A DNA stretch of 64,000 nt. Source: an uncultured Sutterella sp. (GTDB lineage: Bacteria; Pseudomonadota; Gammaproteobacteria; Burkholderiales; Burkholderiaceae_F). Under the pieces are notes generated by a model. That model worked only from the letters and a program-made list of their open reading frames with translations, was not told the DNA's origin and did no database searches. Every line of letters starts with the position of its first letter. Position 1 is the first letter of the stretch. Positions 19,281 through 28,881 of this stretch are shown in pieces. The stretch covers positions 322 through 64,321 of the forward strand of contig CASDQM010000042.1 in the NCBI GenBank assembly GCA_949282745.1, given 5' to 3'. The position numbers were made by a program, and so were the translations under genes.

Positions 19281-20459
19281 ATGGGAACCCATCATCCGAC
19301 CCCGACACCCGAGCGAGACGGCGCCGTATGGCTTGCCGGCGAGGCAAGCGGCGACTTCATCGCGAGTCTGGTTCTTCCCGAGACGATTCGCCGCATGGAC
19401 GGCGCCCCGCAGTACGGCGTGGGCGGCGACAAGATGCGCGCCGCGGGCTTTCACGCCTGGCACGACATTCGCGAGCTCTCGGTTCGCGGCTACGTCGAGG
19501 TTCTTGCGCACCTGCCGCGCCTTCTGCGCCTGCGCACGGAACTAGTCGAACGCTTCGTCGCGTCGGACGCGCGCGTCTTCGTCGGGGTGGACGCGCCCGA
19601 CTTCAACCTTGGAATCGAGGCGCGTCTGCGCCGCAAGGGCATTCCCACGGTCCACTTCGTGAGCCCCTCCATCTGGGCCTGGCGTCCCGAACGCATCACG
19701 AAGATCCGCGAGGCGGTCGACCGCATGCTCCTTGTCTTCCCGTTTGAAGAGACGGTCTACAAGAATTCGGGCGTGCGCACGACCTTCGTCGGCCATCCGC
19801 TCGCGGGCATCATTCCGATGAAGCCCGACACCGCGGGCGCCCGCAAGGCCCTCGGAATCGACGATGGCCTGCCCGTCGTCACGGTGATGCCGGGGTCGCG
19901 CCCCGACGAAATCGACGGGTGCTCGGACGCCTTCTTCGGTGCGGTCGAAAAGATCATGCACCGCGTGGGCGACATGCACGTGCTCGTCCCCGCCGCGAAC
20001 GATCAGGCGCGCGCGAAGATCATCTTCAATTCGGGTCTCTTCCCGCGCGTGGCGTCCCGCATCAAGATCGTCGTGGGCGAAAGCCACCGCATGATCGAGG
20101 CGGCCGACGCGGTTCTCTGCGCTTCGGGCACGGCCGCGCTCGAGTGTGCGCTCTTCAAGAAGCCCCTGGTTGTGGGCTACAAGATGCCCGCGCTCACGGG
20201 CATGATCATGCAGAAGAAGGCCTTGATCCGCCACGTGTCGCTTCCGAACATCCTTTTGGGCGACAACGTCGTGCCGGAGTTCCTGCAGTACTTCTGCGAG
20301 GCCGACTGGATTTCTTACGCCCTCGAAGACGCGCTCACGAACGACGCCAAGCGCCGTGAACTCGAGGAGCGCTTCACGAAGATGCACGAAAGCCTCCTGG
20401 CCGACACGCCGTCGCTCGTGGCCGAAGCGGTCTGCGAAGCCGCGAAGCGCCGCCGCTGA
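19281..20459 (+). CDS. lpxB: Lipid-A-disaccharide synthase
   Basis: [34 protein letters not shown] and SGTAALE. Confidence 0.97.
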   Translation: MGTHHPTPTPERDGAVWLAGEASGDFIASLVLPETIRRMDGAPQYGVGGDKMRAAGFHAWHDIRELSVRGYVEVLAHLPRLLRLRTELVERFVASDARVFVGVDAPDFNLGIEARLRRKGIPTVHFVSPSIWAWRPERITKIREAVDRMLLVFPFEETVYKNSGVRTTFVGHPLAGIIPMKPDTAGARKALGIDDGLPVVTVMPGSRPDEIDGCSDAFFGAVEKIMHRVGDMHVLVPAANDQARAKIIFNSGLFPRVASRIKIVVGESHRMIEAADAVLCASGTAALECALFKKPLVVGYKMPALTGMIMQKKALIRHVSLPNILLGDNVVPEFLQYFCEADWISYALEDALTNDAKRRELEERFTKMHESLLADTPSLVAEAVCEAAKRRR

Positions 20460-20536
20460 GCCTCCTTTTCCCGCATGAATCTTCGCTCGCTCCCGAAAGA
20501 CCTCTTTCGGCGGGCGGGCGTTTTCGTTTTTTCCCG

Positions 20537-21229
20537 ATGAAAAAATCCTCCGCCACTTCCGAACCCTCGCTTTTCGACGAAGACTACGAGGCGCTCCGCT
20601 TTGAGGGGCTCCTCGCGGGCGTCGACGAAGCCGGACGCGGGCCGCTCGCGGGCCCCGTCTGCGCGGCCGCGGTGATTCTGGATCCCGAGCGTCCGATCGA
20701 GGGCCTCGCCGACTCGAAGAAGCTCTCCGCCAAAAAGCGCGAGGCGCTCGCCCCGGTCATCCGCGAGCGCGCGCTCGCCTGGGCCGTCGCCTGGGCCGAG
20801 CCCGAGGAAATCGACCGCGTCAACATTCTTCGCGCCACGATGAACGCGATGCGGCGCGCGGTGGAGGGGCTTCAGGTCAAGCCCGAGTGCGTGTGGGTGG
20901 ACGGCAACCGTCTGCCCGACCTGCCGTATCCCGCCGAAGCGATCGTGAAGGGGGACGCCAAGGTCCCCGCGATCTCGGCCGCGTCGATTCTCGCGAAGAC
21001 CGCCCGAGACGCGAAGATGCGCGAGTATGCGGCGCAGTACCCCGAATACGGATTTGAGCGTCACGCGGGCTACGGCACGAAGGAGCACGTGGCGGCGCTC
21101 GAGAAGTACGGGCCCACGCCCATTCACCGCAAAACCTTCGAGCCCGTGAAGTCGCTTCTGCGCGAAACGGCGCAAAAGTCCGCCGAGGCGTCCGAAAAGA
21201 CCTCCGGCCGGGCCTCCGACAAGCAGTGA
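20537..21229 (+). CDS. rnhB: Ribonuclease HII
   Basis: [28 protein letters not shown] and ISAASILAK. Confidence 0.97.
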   Translation: MKKSSATSEPSLFDEDYEALRFEGLLAGVDEAGRGPLAGPVCAAAVILDPERPIEGLADSKKLSAKKREALAPVIRERALAWAVAWAEPEEIDRVNILRATMNAMRRAVEGLQVKPECVWVDGNRLPDLPYPAEAIVKGDAKVPAISAASILAKTARDAKMREYAAQYPEYGFERHAGYGTKEHVAALEKYGPTPIHRKTFEPVKSLLRETAQKSAEASEKTSGRASDKQ

Positions 21230-21244
21230 TCCGAGAAAAAAATC

Positions 21245-22060
21245 ATGACGAATCATCCCAACGACCGAATCGAAGTCCTCGAGAGCGACGCGAACCCCAA
21301 CGTGAAGCGCTGGCGCCGTCTCGCGACGGATCCGCGCTTCGTGAAGAAGGCGGGAGCGACGCTTCTTGAAGGCGCGCACCTGGCCGAGTGCTACTTCCAT
21401 ACGGGGCTCCCCGTCACGAATCTGCTCGTCGCGCAAAGCGCCAATGCCGAAGCGCTTCACTGGGTCGACACCTTTGTTCGCGAGCGCGGGCTTCGTCCCC
21501 GCGTCGTCGCCGACCGCTTGTGGCAGACCCTGTCGCCCGTCGAGCACGGCGTCGGCGTCATGCTCGAAGTTCCCGTCCCGAAGACCGGGGCGGTCGATTT
21601 CGCCCGCGAAGACGTTCTGTATCTCGACGGCGTGCAGGACGCGGGCAACGTCGGCACCCTCATCCGCACGGCCGTGGCGGCGGGCTTTCGCACGATCGCG
21701 GGCTCGCCAAAGACCGCGGGCTTTTACGCGCCCAAAGTGATGCGCGCGGGGATGGGAGCGCACTTCGGAGCGAAGCTCATCGAAAACTGTCCGATCGACG
21801 TCTTTGCCGAGCGCTACGAGGGAACGATTCTCGCCGCGGACGCCCGCGGCGGCGAAGACCTCTTTGCGGCGGACGATTACGCGAAGGGGCCGGTCTGCTG
21901 GATTCTCGGCGCGGAAGGCCCGGGCGTGTCGTCGGAAGCCCTCGCCAAAACGCATCGCCGCTTTTATATTCCGATCGAAGAAGCCTGCGAAAGCCTCAAC
22001 GTCGGGGCGGCCGCGGCCGTGTGTCTCTTTGACGTGCGCCGCAGACGCCTTGCCAGCTGA
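21245..22060 (+). CDS. TrmH/SpoU-family RNA methyltransferase
   Basis: LDGVQDAGNVGTLIRTA, ILGAEGPG and ESLNVGAAAAV. Usual position after rnhB. Confidence 0.93.
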   Translation: MTNHPNDRIEVLESDANPNVKRWRRLATDPRFVKKAGATLLEGAHLAECYFHTGLPVTNLLVAQSANAEALHWVDTFVRERGLRPRVVADRLWQTLSPVEHGVGVMLEVPVPKTGAVDFAREDVLYLDGVQDAGNVGTLIRTAVAAGFRTIAGSPKTAGFYAPKVMRAGMGAHFGAKLIENCPIDVFAERYEGTILAADARGGEDLFAADDYAKGPVCWILGAEGPGVSSEALAKTHRRFYIPIEEACESLNVGAAAAVCLFDVRRRRLAS

Positions 22061-22104
22061 CCGCGCGCAACGGCAAGAACACTGTCATTTCAAAGGAGAG
22101 AACC

Positions 22105-23274
22105 ATGCTGGGATTTCAATACGCGAACGCCACGCGCCTCTTTTTCGGCCGTGAAGCGGAAAAGGGCCTCGTCGAACGTCTCGCCGATGACCTCGGGCAC
22201 GAGGGCGACGTTCTCGTCGTCTACGGCGGGGGCTCGGTCGTCCGCTCGGGGCTTCTCCCCCGCGTGACGGCGGCCCTCCGGGCGGCGGGCCTTGCGGTTC
22301 ATGAAGAGGGCGGGGTCGTTCCGAACCCGCAGATCGGGCTCGTTCGCACGTGGATTCAAAAGTACGCCGAAAAGAAGCCCCGCGCGATCCTCGCCGTGGG
22401 CGGGGGCTCGGTGATCGACAGCGCCAAGGCCGCCGCGGTCGGGTTCGAAGCTGACTGCGACGTCTGGGACTTCTTTGCCGGAAAGGCGATCGTGCAGTCG
22501 GCGCTTCCCGTCTACACGATCCTGACGCTCCCCGCCGCGGGGTCGGAGCAGTCGATCCGCGCGGTGCTCTCGAACGACGAGGGGATCAAGACGGGGATCG
22601 GCGTCGAAGCGATCCGTCCGAAGGCCTCGGCCGTGAATCCCGAGCTCTTCTTCACGCTCCCCGTCTGGCAGATCGGCGCGGGCGTCACCGACATGATTTC
22701 CCACATCATGGAGCGCTACTTCACGAATACGGAGCACTGCGAGTACGTCGACGCGCAGGCCGAAGCCGCCATGCGCACGGCGGTCGACTTCGGACCAAAG
22801 GTCGTGGCGAACCCCTCCGACTGGGACGCCTGGTGCCAGATCGCGATGGTGGGAACCTATGCGCACAACGGCTACTTCGGACTCGGCCGTGAAGAGGACT
22901 GGGCCTGCCACGGGATCGAACACGAACTCTCGGGCTGGAACGGCGAAGTGACCCACGGCGCGGGCCTCGCCGTCATCATTCCCTCCTGGATGGCGTTCGT
23001 CGCGAAGAGCCGTCCCGCCCGCGTCGAAGACTTTGCGCTTCGCGTGATGCGCGTCGAAAAGGGCGCGACACAGGCTGAAACCGTCGCGCGCGGGATCGAA
23101 GCCCTCAAGGCCTTCTACCGCACGCTCGGCATGCCCGTGACGCTCACGGAACTCAAGGTGCCCGACGCGCCGATCGAAAAGCTCGCCAAGGGCGCCGTCA
23201 GAAAGGGGCTCCTCGGGAAGTACGTGCCGTTGGACGAAGCGGCCGTGAAGACGATTCTCGAGAACGCCCGCTGA
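22105..23274 (+). CDS. Iron-containing alcohol dehydrogenase (butanol dehydrogenase BdhA/YqhD-like)
   Basis: VYGGGS, AVGGGSVIDSAKA, TLPAAGSE, DMISH, HGIEHELS and HGAGLA. Confidence 0.93.
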   Translation: MLGFQYANATRLFFGREAEKGLVERLADDLGHEGDVLVVYGGGSVVRSGLLPRVTAALRAAGLAVHEEGGVVPNPQIGLVRTWIQKYAEKKPRAILAVGGGSVIDSAKAAAVGFEADCDVWDFFAGKAIVQSALPVYTILTLPAAGSEQSIRAVLSNDEGIKTGIGVEAIRPKASAVNPELFFTLPVWQIGAGVTDMISHIMERYFTNTEHCEYVDAQAEAAMRTAVDFGPKVVANPSDWDAWCQIAMVGTYAHNGYFGLGREEDWACHGIEHELSGWNGEVTHGAGLAVIIPSWMAFVAKSRPARVEDFALRVMRVEKGATQAETVARGIEALKAFYRTLGMPVTLTELKVPDAPIEKLAKGAVRKGLLGKYVPLDEAAVKTILENAR

Positions 23275-23316
23275 AAAAGCGCAGGATCCTCGAGTCGTCG
23301 TCGGGGGGCGCCATGG

Positions 23317-23362
23317 AAAAAGAGGACCGGCTCCGGGGACGGAGCGTCGGTCCTCTTTTTTT
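23317..23362. terminator. Bidirectional intrinsic terminator
   Basis: aaaaagaggaccg...cggtcctcttttttt between convergent genes. Confidence 0.7.
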
Positions 23363-23404
23363 CTCGGACGGTTCTCCTGCGAAGGCCCGCCCGAAGAAAA
23401 CAAC

Positions 23405-24316
23405 TCAACGCGAGGCGAAGCGGTGAATCGCTCCGGATTCGTACAGCCGCGCTTCACGATCCTCCGACTCGGTCTTGCGCGGCGCGGCATAAAGCCACGA
23501 GGGCGCGGGCATTCGGCGGCTGACTTCCGCCATTGCCTCGTCCGATCGAAGGAGCGCTTCCGCCTCGTCCGAGAGATGCCAAAGCACGATCGTGCGGTGC
23601 ACGTCGTAGAAGGCGGTTCCCTGCGCGCCCCGAACGAGCCAGTCGGGTTCCTTCGACGCGGCCCGGTCCGTGAGAGCGGCGCGCAAAAGAATGCGGCAGG
23701 TCGACTTCTCCGGAGAGGAGGGCTTCGGGCAGCCGAGGGAGTCGTTCGCAAGCGCGACCGCGGCGCGCTCAAGGGTTTCGTCCTGCTGCGAGGTTTCTCG
23801 CTCTTCCCGAAGCACCGCGGCTTCGAATCCCGCGCGGCGGGCCGTGTCGGCGAAGGCTTCGGTCGTCAGGATCAGAGACTGTTCGACGGCTTCCGAGGCG
23901 TTCGCGGCGTCCGAATTCGCTACGAGGGCGAACCAGTGGTCGAACGCTTCAAAAGCGGTGGTGTCGGGCTTCCACCCCAAGTTCATGAAGTCGAGCCCGA
24001 GGCTCGTCGAGAAGGGGCCTTTGGAGGCTTCGGCCAGGCTCTTCCCCTGAAGCGGACTGTTGGCGAGAATCGTGGTGCCGATGTTTCGCATCCAGTGCGT
24101 TTCCGCGGCGGCGGCCTTGCGTTGTTCGGCCGCCGTCATGTCGTCGGAGAACCGCAGAATGCCGAAGCGCGCGCCGACGTTTGCGGCGTAGGAGCGCTCC
24201 GGGAGATAGCGGGAGACGTCCTGCGGAGAGGAGGAGGGAAGGTCGGTCGACGTGGCGCAACCGGCAAGAAAGGCCGCGCAGAGCGACGCAGGCAAAAGAA
24301 GGTACGGGCGCATCAT
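23405..24316 (-). CDS. Hypothetical lipoprotein
   Basis: Signal peptide with lipobox LAG|C. No family recognised. Confidence 0.7.
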   Translation of the reverse strand: MMRPYLLLPASLCAAFLAGCATSTDLPSSSPQDVSRYLPERSYAANVGARFGILRFSDDMTAAEQRKAAAAETHWMRNIGTTILANSPLQGKSLAEASKGPFSTSLGLDFMNLGWKPDTTAFEAFDHWFALVANSDAANASEAVEQSLILTTEAFADTARRAGFEAAVLREERETSQQDETLERAAVALANDSLGCPKPSSPEKSTCRILLRAALTDRAASKEPDWLVRGAQGTAFYDVHRTIVLWHLSDEAEALLRSDEAMAEVSRRMPAPSWLYAAPRKTESEDREARLYESGAIHRFASR

Positions 24317-24535
24317 TTCTTTTCGTGAAGATATTGAAAACGAGATGAGTCTAGGGTAAGCGAGTACGTGTTTACCCTTTATTCGACCTGGGAAACTGTA
24401 ACGAAACGTATGCGGCCGGCTGGGAGAATTCGGAGGGACGGCGGGAGAGCGGTCAAAACGAAACCCGCCGAAGAGGCGGGCTTTCGGAGGGGGCGGTCGG
24501 CGTCCGGCCGTATGCGGGGCCGGACGCCTGCGCGG

Positions 24536-25147
24536 TCAATGAAGGAACACCGTGCCCGAATCGTCGCCGACGGGACGGGCGTTTTTCGGCGCGTGAATCG
24601 CGAGGGCGGGCTTCGTCTTATCGACAGGAGGAAGCGGCGCCACGGCCTGCGAGCCGTACTTCTTGCGAAGCGCGTCGATCGGTCCGAATTCGATCGCGCG
24701 CTGCGTGCAGGATTCGACGCAGATGGGCTGAAGGCCCTTTTCGAGGCGGTCAAGACACCCGTCGCACTTCAGCATCTTCTTTGCCTTGACGTCCAACTGC
24801 GGCGCGCCGTAGGGGCAGGCCGCCGCGCAGGCGCCGCAGCCGATGCACTTTTCGCGGTCGATCACGACGAGGCCGTCTTCCTTGCGCTTGAAGTGCGCCT
24901 TCGTGGGGCAGACCTTCACGCAGGCGGGATCCTCGCAGTGGTTGCACGCAATCGACAGGTAGTAGGCGAAGACGTCCTGATGCCAGGCGCCCGTCATGCG
25001 GTCCTGGCGCCAGTCGCCGCCCGCGTATTCGATGACCTTGCGCAGGTTCATCCCGACGGGGAGGTCGTGCGCGTCCTTGCAGGCGACGACGCAGGTCTTG
25101 CAGCCCGTGCACTTCGCGGCGTCGATGTAAAAACCGAGTTGCTTCAT
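24536..25147 (-). CDS. dmsB: DMSO-reductase-family Fe-S subunit B
   Basis: CTGCKTCVVAC, CNHCEDPACVKVCP, CIGCGACAAACP and KCDGC...CVESC (four [4Fe-4S] clusters). Confidence 0.93.
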   Translation of the reverse strand: MKQLGFYIDAAKCTGCKTCVVACKDAHDLPVGMNLRKVIEYAGGDWRQDRMTGAWHQDVFAYYLSIACNHCEDPACVKVCPTKAHFKRKEDGLVVIDREKCIGCGACAAACPYGAPQLDVKAKKMLKCDGCLDRLEKGLQPICVESCTQRAIEFGPIDALRKKYGSQAVAPLPPVDKTKPALAIHAPKNARPVGDDSGTVFLH

Positions 25148-25159
25148 CTCATTCCCTCC

Positions 25160-27562
25160 TTACGCTTTTTCGATCTGAACGAGCACGGTGTGCTGCGCAT
25201 TCCCCTTGGCAAGGGGGCTCGGACGGTGGTGCGTGAGCGTATTGATGTTGCCGCCCACGTCGACGCGCTTGCCGTCCTTCATGACGGGCGTGTACCAGGC
25301 GCCCTGCGGGATGGAGGTGACGCCCGGCATGATGCGCGGCGTCACCTTCGCGCGGATTTCCACCGTGCCGCGGTCGTTGAAGACCCGGACGAGGTCGTCC
25401 GTCTCAATGCCGCGCGCCTTGGCGTCGATCGGATTCATGAGGACGTGGTCCGGGAACTGTTCGCGAAGCCACGGAAGGTTGTGGAAGGTCGAGTGAATGC
25501 GCCCGTGCCCGTGGTAGCCGTAGCACTGGAGCGGATACTTTTCCTGAAGCTTGTCGCCCGGCATTTCCCAGGTCGAGAAGAAGCGCGGAATCGGGCTGAT
25601 GAGTTCTCCTTCGGGAAGCTTCCATTCGGCCGCGATCTTGGCGAGGCGTTCCGAATAGATTTCGATCTTGCCAGAGGGCGTCTTCAGAGGCGCCTTTTCG
25701 GGATCCTTGCGGAAGGCGGCGAGGGCCACGGGCGAGCGCGGGAATTCGAGCGCCTGCTTGGGGCCCGTCTTCCAGAATTCGGCAAAGGGCGGGAGTTCCG
25801 GCGCCTTCTTGCGCGTTTCTTCGTAGCACCATTCGATCCATTCGAGCTGCGTGCGGCCTTCGGTGAAGGCCTCTTCCTTGCCGAGGTACTTGGCGATGCC
25901 GCGGCAGATTTCCCAGGTCGGGCGCTGTTCCCATTCGGGCTCGACCGACTTGTGCATCGGAAGGATCGAGGCGGTGTCGCCGTTCGAGCCGCCGGAACTC
26001 GCGATGTCGTCCGTTTCGGGACCGAGCGTGTCGGGAAGCAGAATGTCGGCGTAGCGCGCCGAGGGCGTCATCATGTTGTCGCAAACGACGATGAATTCGC
26101 ACTTCGATTCGTCGCGCAGGATGGCGTCCGTCCAGTTGCTGTCTCCGTGCTGATTGATGAGGGTGTTGCCGCCCGAATTCACGATCATCTTGATGTCGTG
26201 ACCGAGCTTTTTGACGCCCTTCAAGCCGTCGTGAATGTCGTCCATTTCCTTGCCGCGCACGATCGCGTCCGTCCAGAGGAAGCACGGAATCGTGGCCTTG
26301 ACGGGGTTCTTGCCAACGGGGAGATAGACGGCCGGGAAGGAGACGTTCCCTTCGTGCTGACCGGTGTTCGTGCCGGGCAGACCGACGTTTCCGGTGAGGA
26401 TCGGGAGCATCGCGATGGCGCGGGCGGTTTCTTCGCCGTTCGCCTGACGCTGCGGGCCCCAGCCCTGCGCGATGAAGCAGGGCTTCGTCGTGCCGATTTC
26501 ACGCGCGAGACGAACGATGGTTTCGACGGGAACGCCGGTGATCTTCGAAGCCCATTCCGGGGTCTTCGGGGTCTTGTCGTCGCCTTCGCCGAGGATGAAG
26601 CTCTTGTAGTCGCTCTTCTTCGGAGCCGACGCGGGCAGCGTCTTTTCGTCGTAGCCCACGCAGTACTTGTCGAGGAAGGCCTGATCCACCCAGTTGTTGC
26701 GGATGAGCTCGTAGGCGATCGCCTGCACGAGGGCGGCGTCGGTGCCCGGACGGATCGGAATCCATTCGTCGGCCTTGCCGACGGTCGTGTCCGTGTAGAT
26801 CGGGTCGATGATGATCATCTTCGGGCGGTTGCGGCCCGAGAGCGCGCAGGTGAGCTGATAGGACTTCCCGGCGCCCGAGCCGCGCGTCACCGACGGATTG
26901 TTTCCGAAGCCCACGTAGAGCTTGGCGTTGGCGACTTCGCTTTCGTACGAAGCGGGACTTCCGCCGTAGGTCATCGGGAAGGAGGCGGAGATCTGGGCGG
27001 TCGAGTAGGAGCCGTAGTACTTGAGGTAGCCGCCCATGAGGTTCAGAAGACGCCACCAGGCGCGGCGCGAGTTGACGAGCGACTGCTGCGCGGAGCAGTA
27101 CTGCCAATAGAGCGACTCATTGCCGTAGGTCTTCACCGTGTATTCGAGCTTTTCGGCGACGGTCTTGAGCGCTTCGTCCCAGGAGATGCGCTCGAACTTT
27201 CCTTCGCCGCGCGCACCGACGCGCTTCATCGGGTACTTGAGACGGTCGGGCGAATAGATGCGCTGACGCATGCTGCGGCCCTTGAGGCAGGCGCGCAGCT
27301 GGCGCGGCGTGCAGCCGTCCGGAATCGTGTTGTCGGTTTCGATGCGGATCACGCGGCCGTTCTTCGAGAAGCAGCGAAGCGGGCAGCGGTGTCCGCAGTT
27401 GATGACGCAAGCCGTCCAGGACATCGTTTCGATGTCGTCCACGGCCGCCGCTACGGCGCGGCCGACCGGCGTCAGGGCGTAGCCGGCCAGAAAGCCGACC
27501 GCCGAGGCATGGAGAAAACTGCGCCGCGTAACGGGCGTTTCCAAAAGGTTTTGCTTGAACAT
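25160..27562 (-). CDS. dmsA: DmsA/YnfE-family molybdopterin oxidoreductase catalytic subunit, Tat-exported
   Basis: Tat motif TRRSFL, CVINCGHRC...RACLKG Fe-S motif, RLKYPMKR, GSYSTAQI (Ser ligand) and HSTFHN. Substrate not determinable. Confidence 0.9.
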   Translation of the reverse strand: MFKQNLLETPVTRRSFLHASAVGFLAGYALTPVGRAVAAAVDDIETMSWTACVINCGHRCPLRCFSKNGRVIRIETDNTIPDGCTPRQLRACLKGRSMRQRIYSPDRLKYPMKRVGARGEGKFERISWDEALKTVAEKLEYTVKTYGNESLYWQYCSAQQSLVNSRRAWWRLLNLMGGYLKYYGSYSTAQISASFPMTYGGSPASYESEVANAKLYVGFGNNPSVTRGSGAGKSYQLTCALSGRNRPKMIIIDPIYTDTTVGKADEWIPIRPGTDAALVQAIAYELIRNNWVDQAFLDKYCVGYDEKTLPASAPKKSDYKSFILGEGDDKTPKTPEWASKITGVPVETIVRLAREIGTTKPCFIAQGWGPQRQANGEETARAIAMLPILTGNVGLPGTNTGQHEGNVSFPAVYLPVGKNPVKATIPCFLWTDAIVRGKEMDDIHDGLKGVKKLGHDIKMIVNSGGNTLINQHGDSNWTDAILRDESKCEFIVVCDNMMTPSARYADILLPDTLGPETDDIASSGGSNGDTASILPMHKSVEPEWEQRPTWEICRGIAKYLGKEEAFTEGRTQLEWIEWCYEETRKKAPELPPFAEFWKTGPKQALEFPRSPVALAAFRKDPEKAPLKTPSGKIEIYSERLAKIAAEWKLPEGELISPIPRFFSTWEMPGDKLQEKYPLQCYGYHGHGRIHSTFHNLPWLREQFPDHVLMNPIDAKARGIETDDLVRVFNDRGTVEIRAKVTPRIMPGVTSIPQGAWYTPVMKDGKRVDVGGNINTLTHHRPSPLAKGNAQHTVLVQIEKA

Positions 27563-27908
27563 GGATGGAAACCTTTCAGTGGTTGTAGGGGTTCTTAGAA
27601 TGCCTGAATTGTGCGGAAAAGCTTTCCTTTAAGGTATCGGGGCTACCGTTTAGCCCTGCAGGGAATAGCGATCTTCTTAAAAGATGCGGAAGGCTTGCTG
27701 TCTAACGGGTTTGTCAGGTACGTACGGATGGCGTGGAACGCTTCCCAATTCGTGCGGGCGACGTTGCAATCCGTCCATTGAGGGCGAGGTAGGGGAGTGT
27801 CCGACGAAACCGCGTCGAACTGATCCTTTGTACTTTGAGAGCACGGAGGACGAAGGAAAGCTTCCGGGTGCCGAACGGCTAGAATGTCGGAACAAAGGAG
27901 GATTTTCC

Positions 27909-28748
27909 ATGCGACCCATTCAGGCGGTTTCGGGCGTGCTCGCCGCACTCTCTCTGGCGGCGTCGGCTGCGACGCAGGCCGCGCCCCTCAACTACTCGGA
28001 CGAAGAGCGCCTCATCGTGGATCTGCTCGTGCAAAACGACGCGCGCGACTTCGTGGCGGGACAGCCTACGTTTCACTTCGAGCAGGCGGTGAAGGACCGT
28101 TTCGGCGAGACGAAACTCATCGACCTCGACGATCTCGTTCGCGATACGGTCGACAATCCCTTCCGAGCCGACCGGCTCTACGAAGGAAAGACCATGATCT
28201 TTCCGAACGTTCGGATTCGGGAGATTCAAAAGCACGAGACGGGCGCGCCCGTCGTGCGGGCGGACCGCAATTTTCCGGTGGAACTTCATTTCGACGTCGC
28301 GACCGAAGTGATCGACGAAGTGGCGAATTTTCACCGAAACGGTACGGCGTCCTTCGTCTGCAAGGGGCTTCCCTCGTCGACGGATACTGTGAAGCTCGGC
28401 TCCTGCCGGGATTTCGGCGCCTACGTGAAGACGGAGTCGGACGTCATGCGCGGGCGTTTTCTCGAACCCAAGACGGACGCCGACTGGCTTCTCGCCTATA
28501 CGGTGCTGAAGTTCCGCGCGAATCTGCGCGACGGCGAATTCGAACTCTGCCGCGAGAGCGTCGCCAAGGGCGCGGCCTTCACGCAGGAAGACGTCGATCT
28601 GATCCTTTCGCGAAACGGCGGCCTCTTCGACGCGGCGAACGTGGAGGATCGCTTTACCGCGGTGGGCTTTGACGTTTCGCGCATCGAAGCGCTCGTAAAG
28701 AGAAGCCGCGCACTTGCGGACCCCAACAAGGAGGAGACGCGCATCTGA
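27909..28748 (+). CDS. Secreted hypothetical protein with an OB-fold (tRNA_anti-like) motif; start re-called at ATG 27909
   Basis: Strong RBS aaggagg, a signal peptide, and LDDLVRDTVDNPFRADRLYEGKTM resembling the L..y..N...Ad..Y.gK pattern of PF12869. Confidence 0.65.
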   Translation: MRPIQAVSGVLAALSLAASAATQAAPLNYSDEERLIVDLLVQNDARDFVAGQPTFHFEQAVKDRFGETKLIDLDDLVRDTVDNPFRADRLYEGKTMIFPNVRIREIQKHETGAPVVRADRNFPVELHFDVATEVIDEVANFHRNGTASFVCKGLPSSTDTVKLGSCRDFGAYVKTESDVMRGRFLEPKTDADWLLAYTVLKFRANLRDGEFELCRESVAKGAAFTQEDVDLILSRNGGLFDAANVEDRFTAVGFDVSRIEALVKRSRALADPNKEETRI

Positions 28749-28790
28749 CGCGCCGCTTCGAGAGGCTCAAAAATCGGGAGGCGCCCCGCA

Positions 28791-28835
28791 ATGACGCGGC
28801 CCCCAATTCCGGGAGAGAGAATTGGGGGCCGCGTC
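28791..28835. repeat. Perfect 19-bp inverted repeat (7-nt loop) between convergent genes
   Basis: atgacgcggcccccaattc / gaattgggggccgcgtcat. Confidence 0.9.
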
Positions 28836-28881
28836 ATGTCAAAGGGGAACGTTTTTTCCCGGCGAATGCCGCCTACCTTGG

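Noticed and set aside
24368-27598. Long opposite-strand ORFs (for example 24368..27598, 28822..31482, 33319..37062, 42610..45060, 54282..55880)
   Set aside because: They are antisense or alternate-frame shadows of well-supported genes. Such ORFs are expected with GC-rich codon bias and have no recognisable motifs.
27563-27700. Moco riboswitch upstream of dmsA
   Set aside because: I could not find the conserved motif order or stems.
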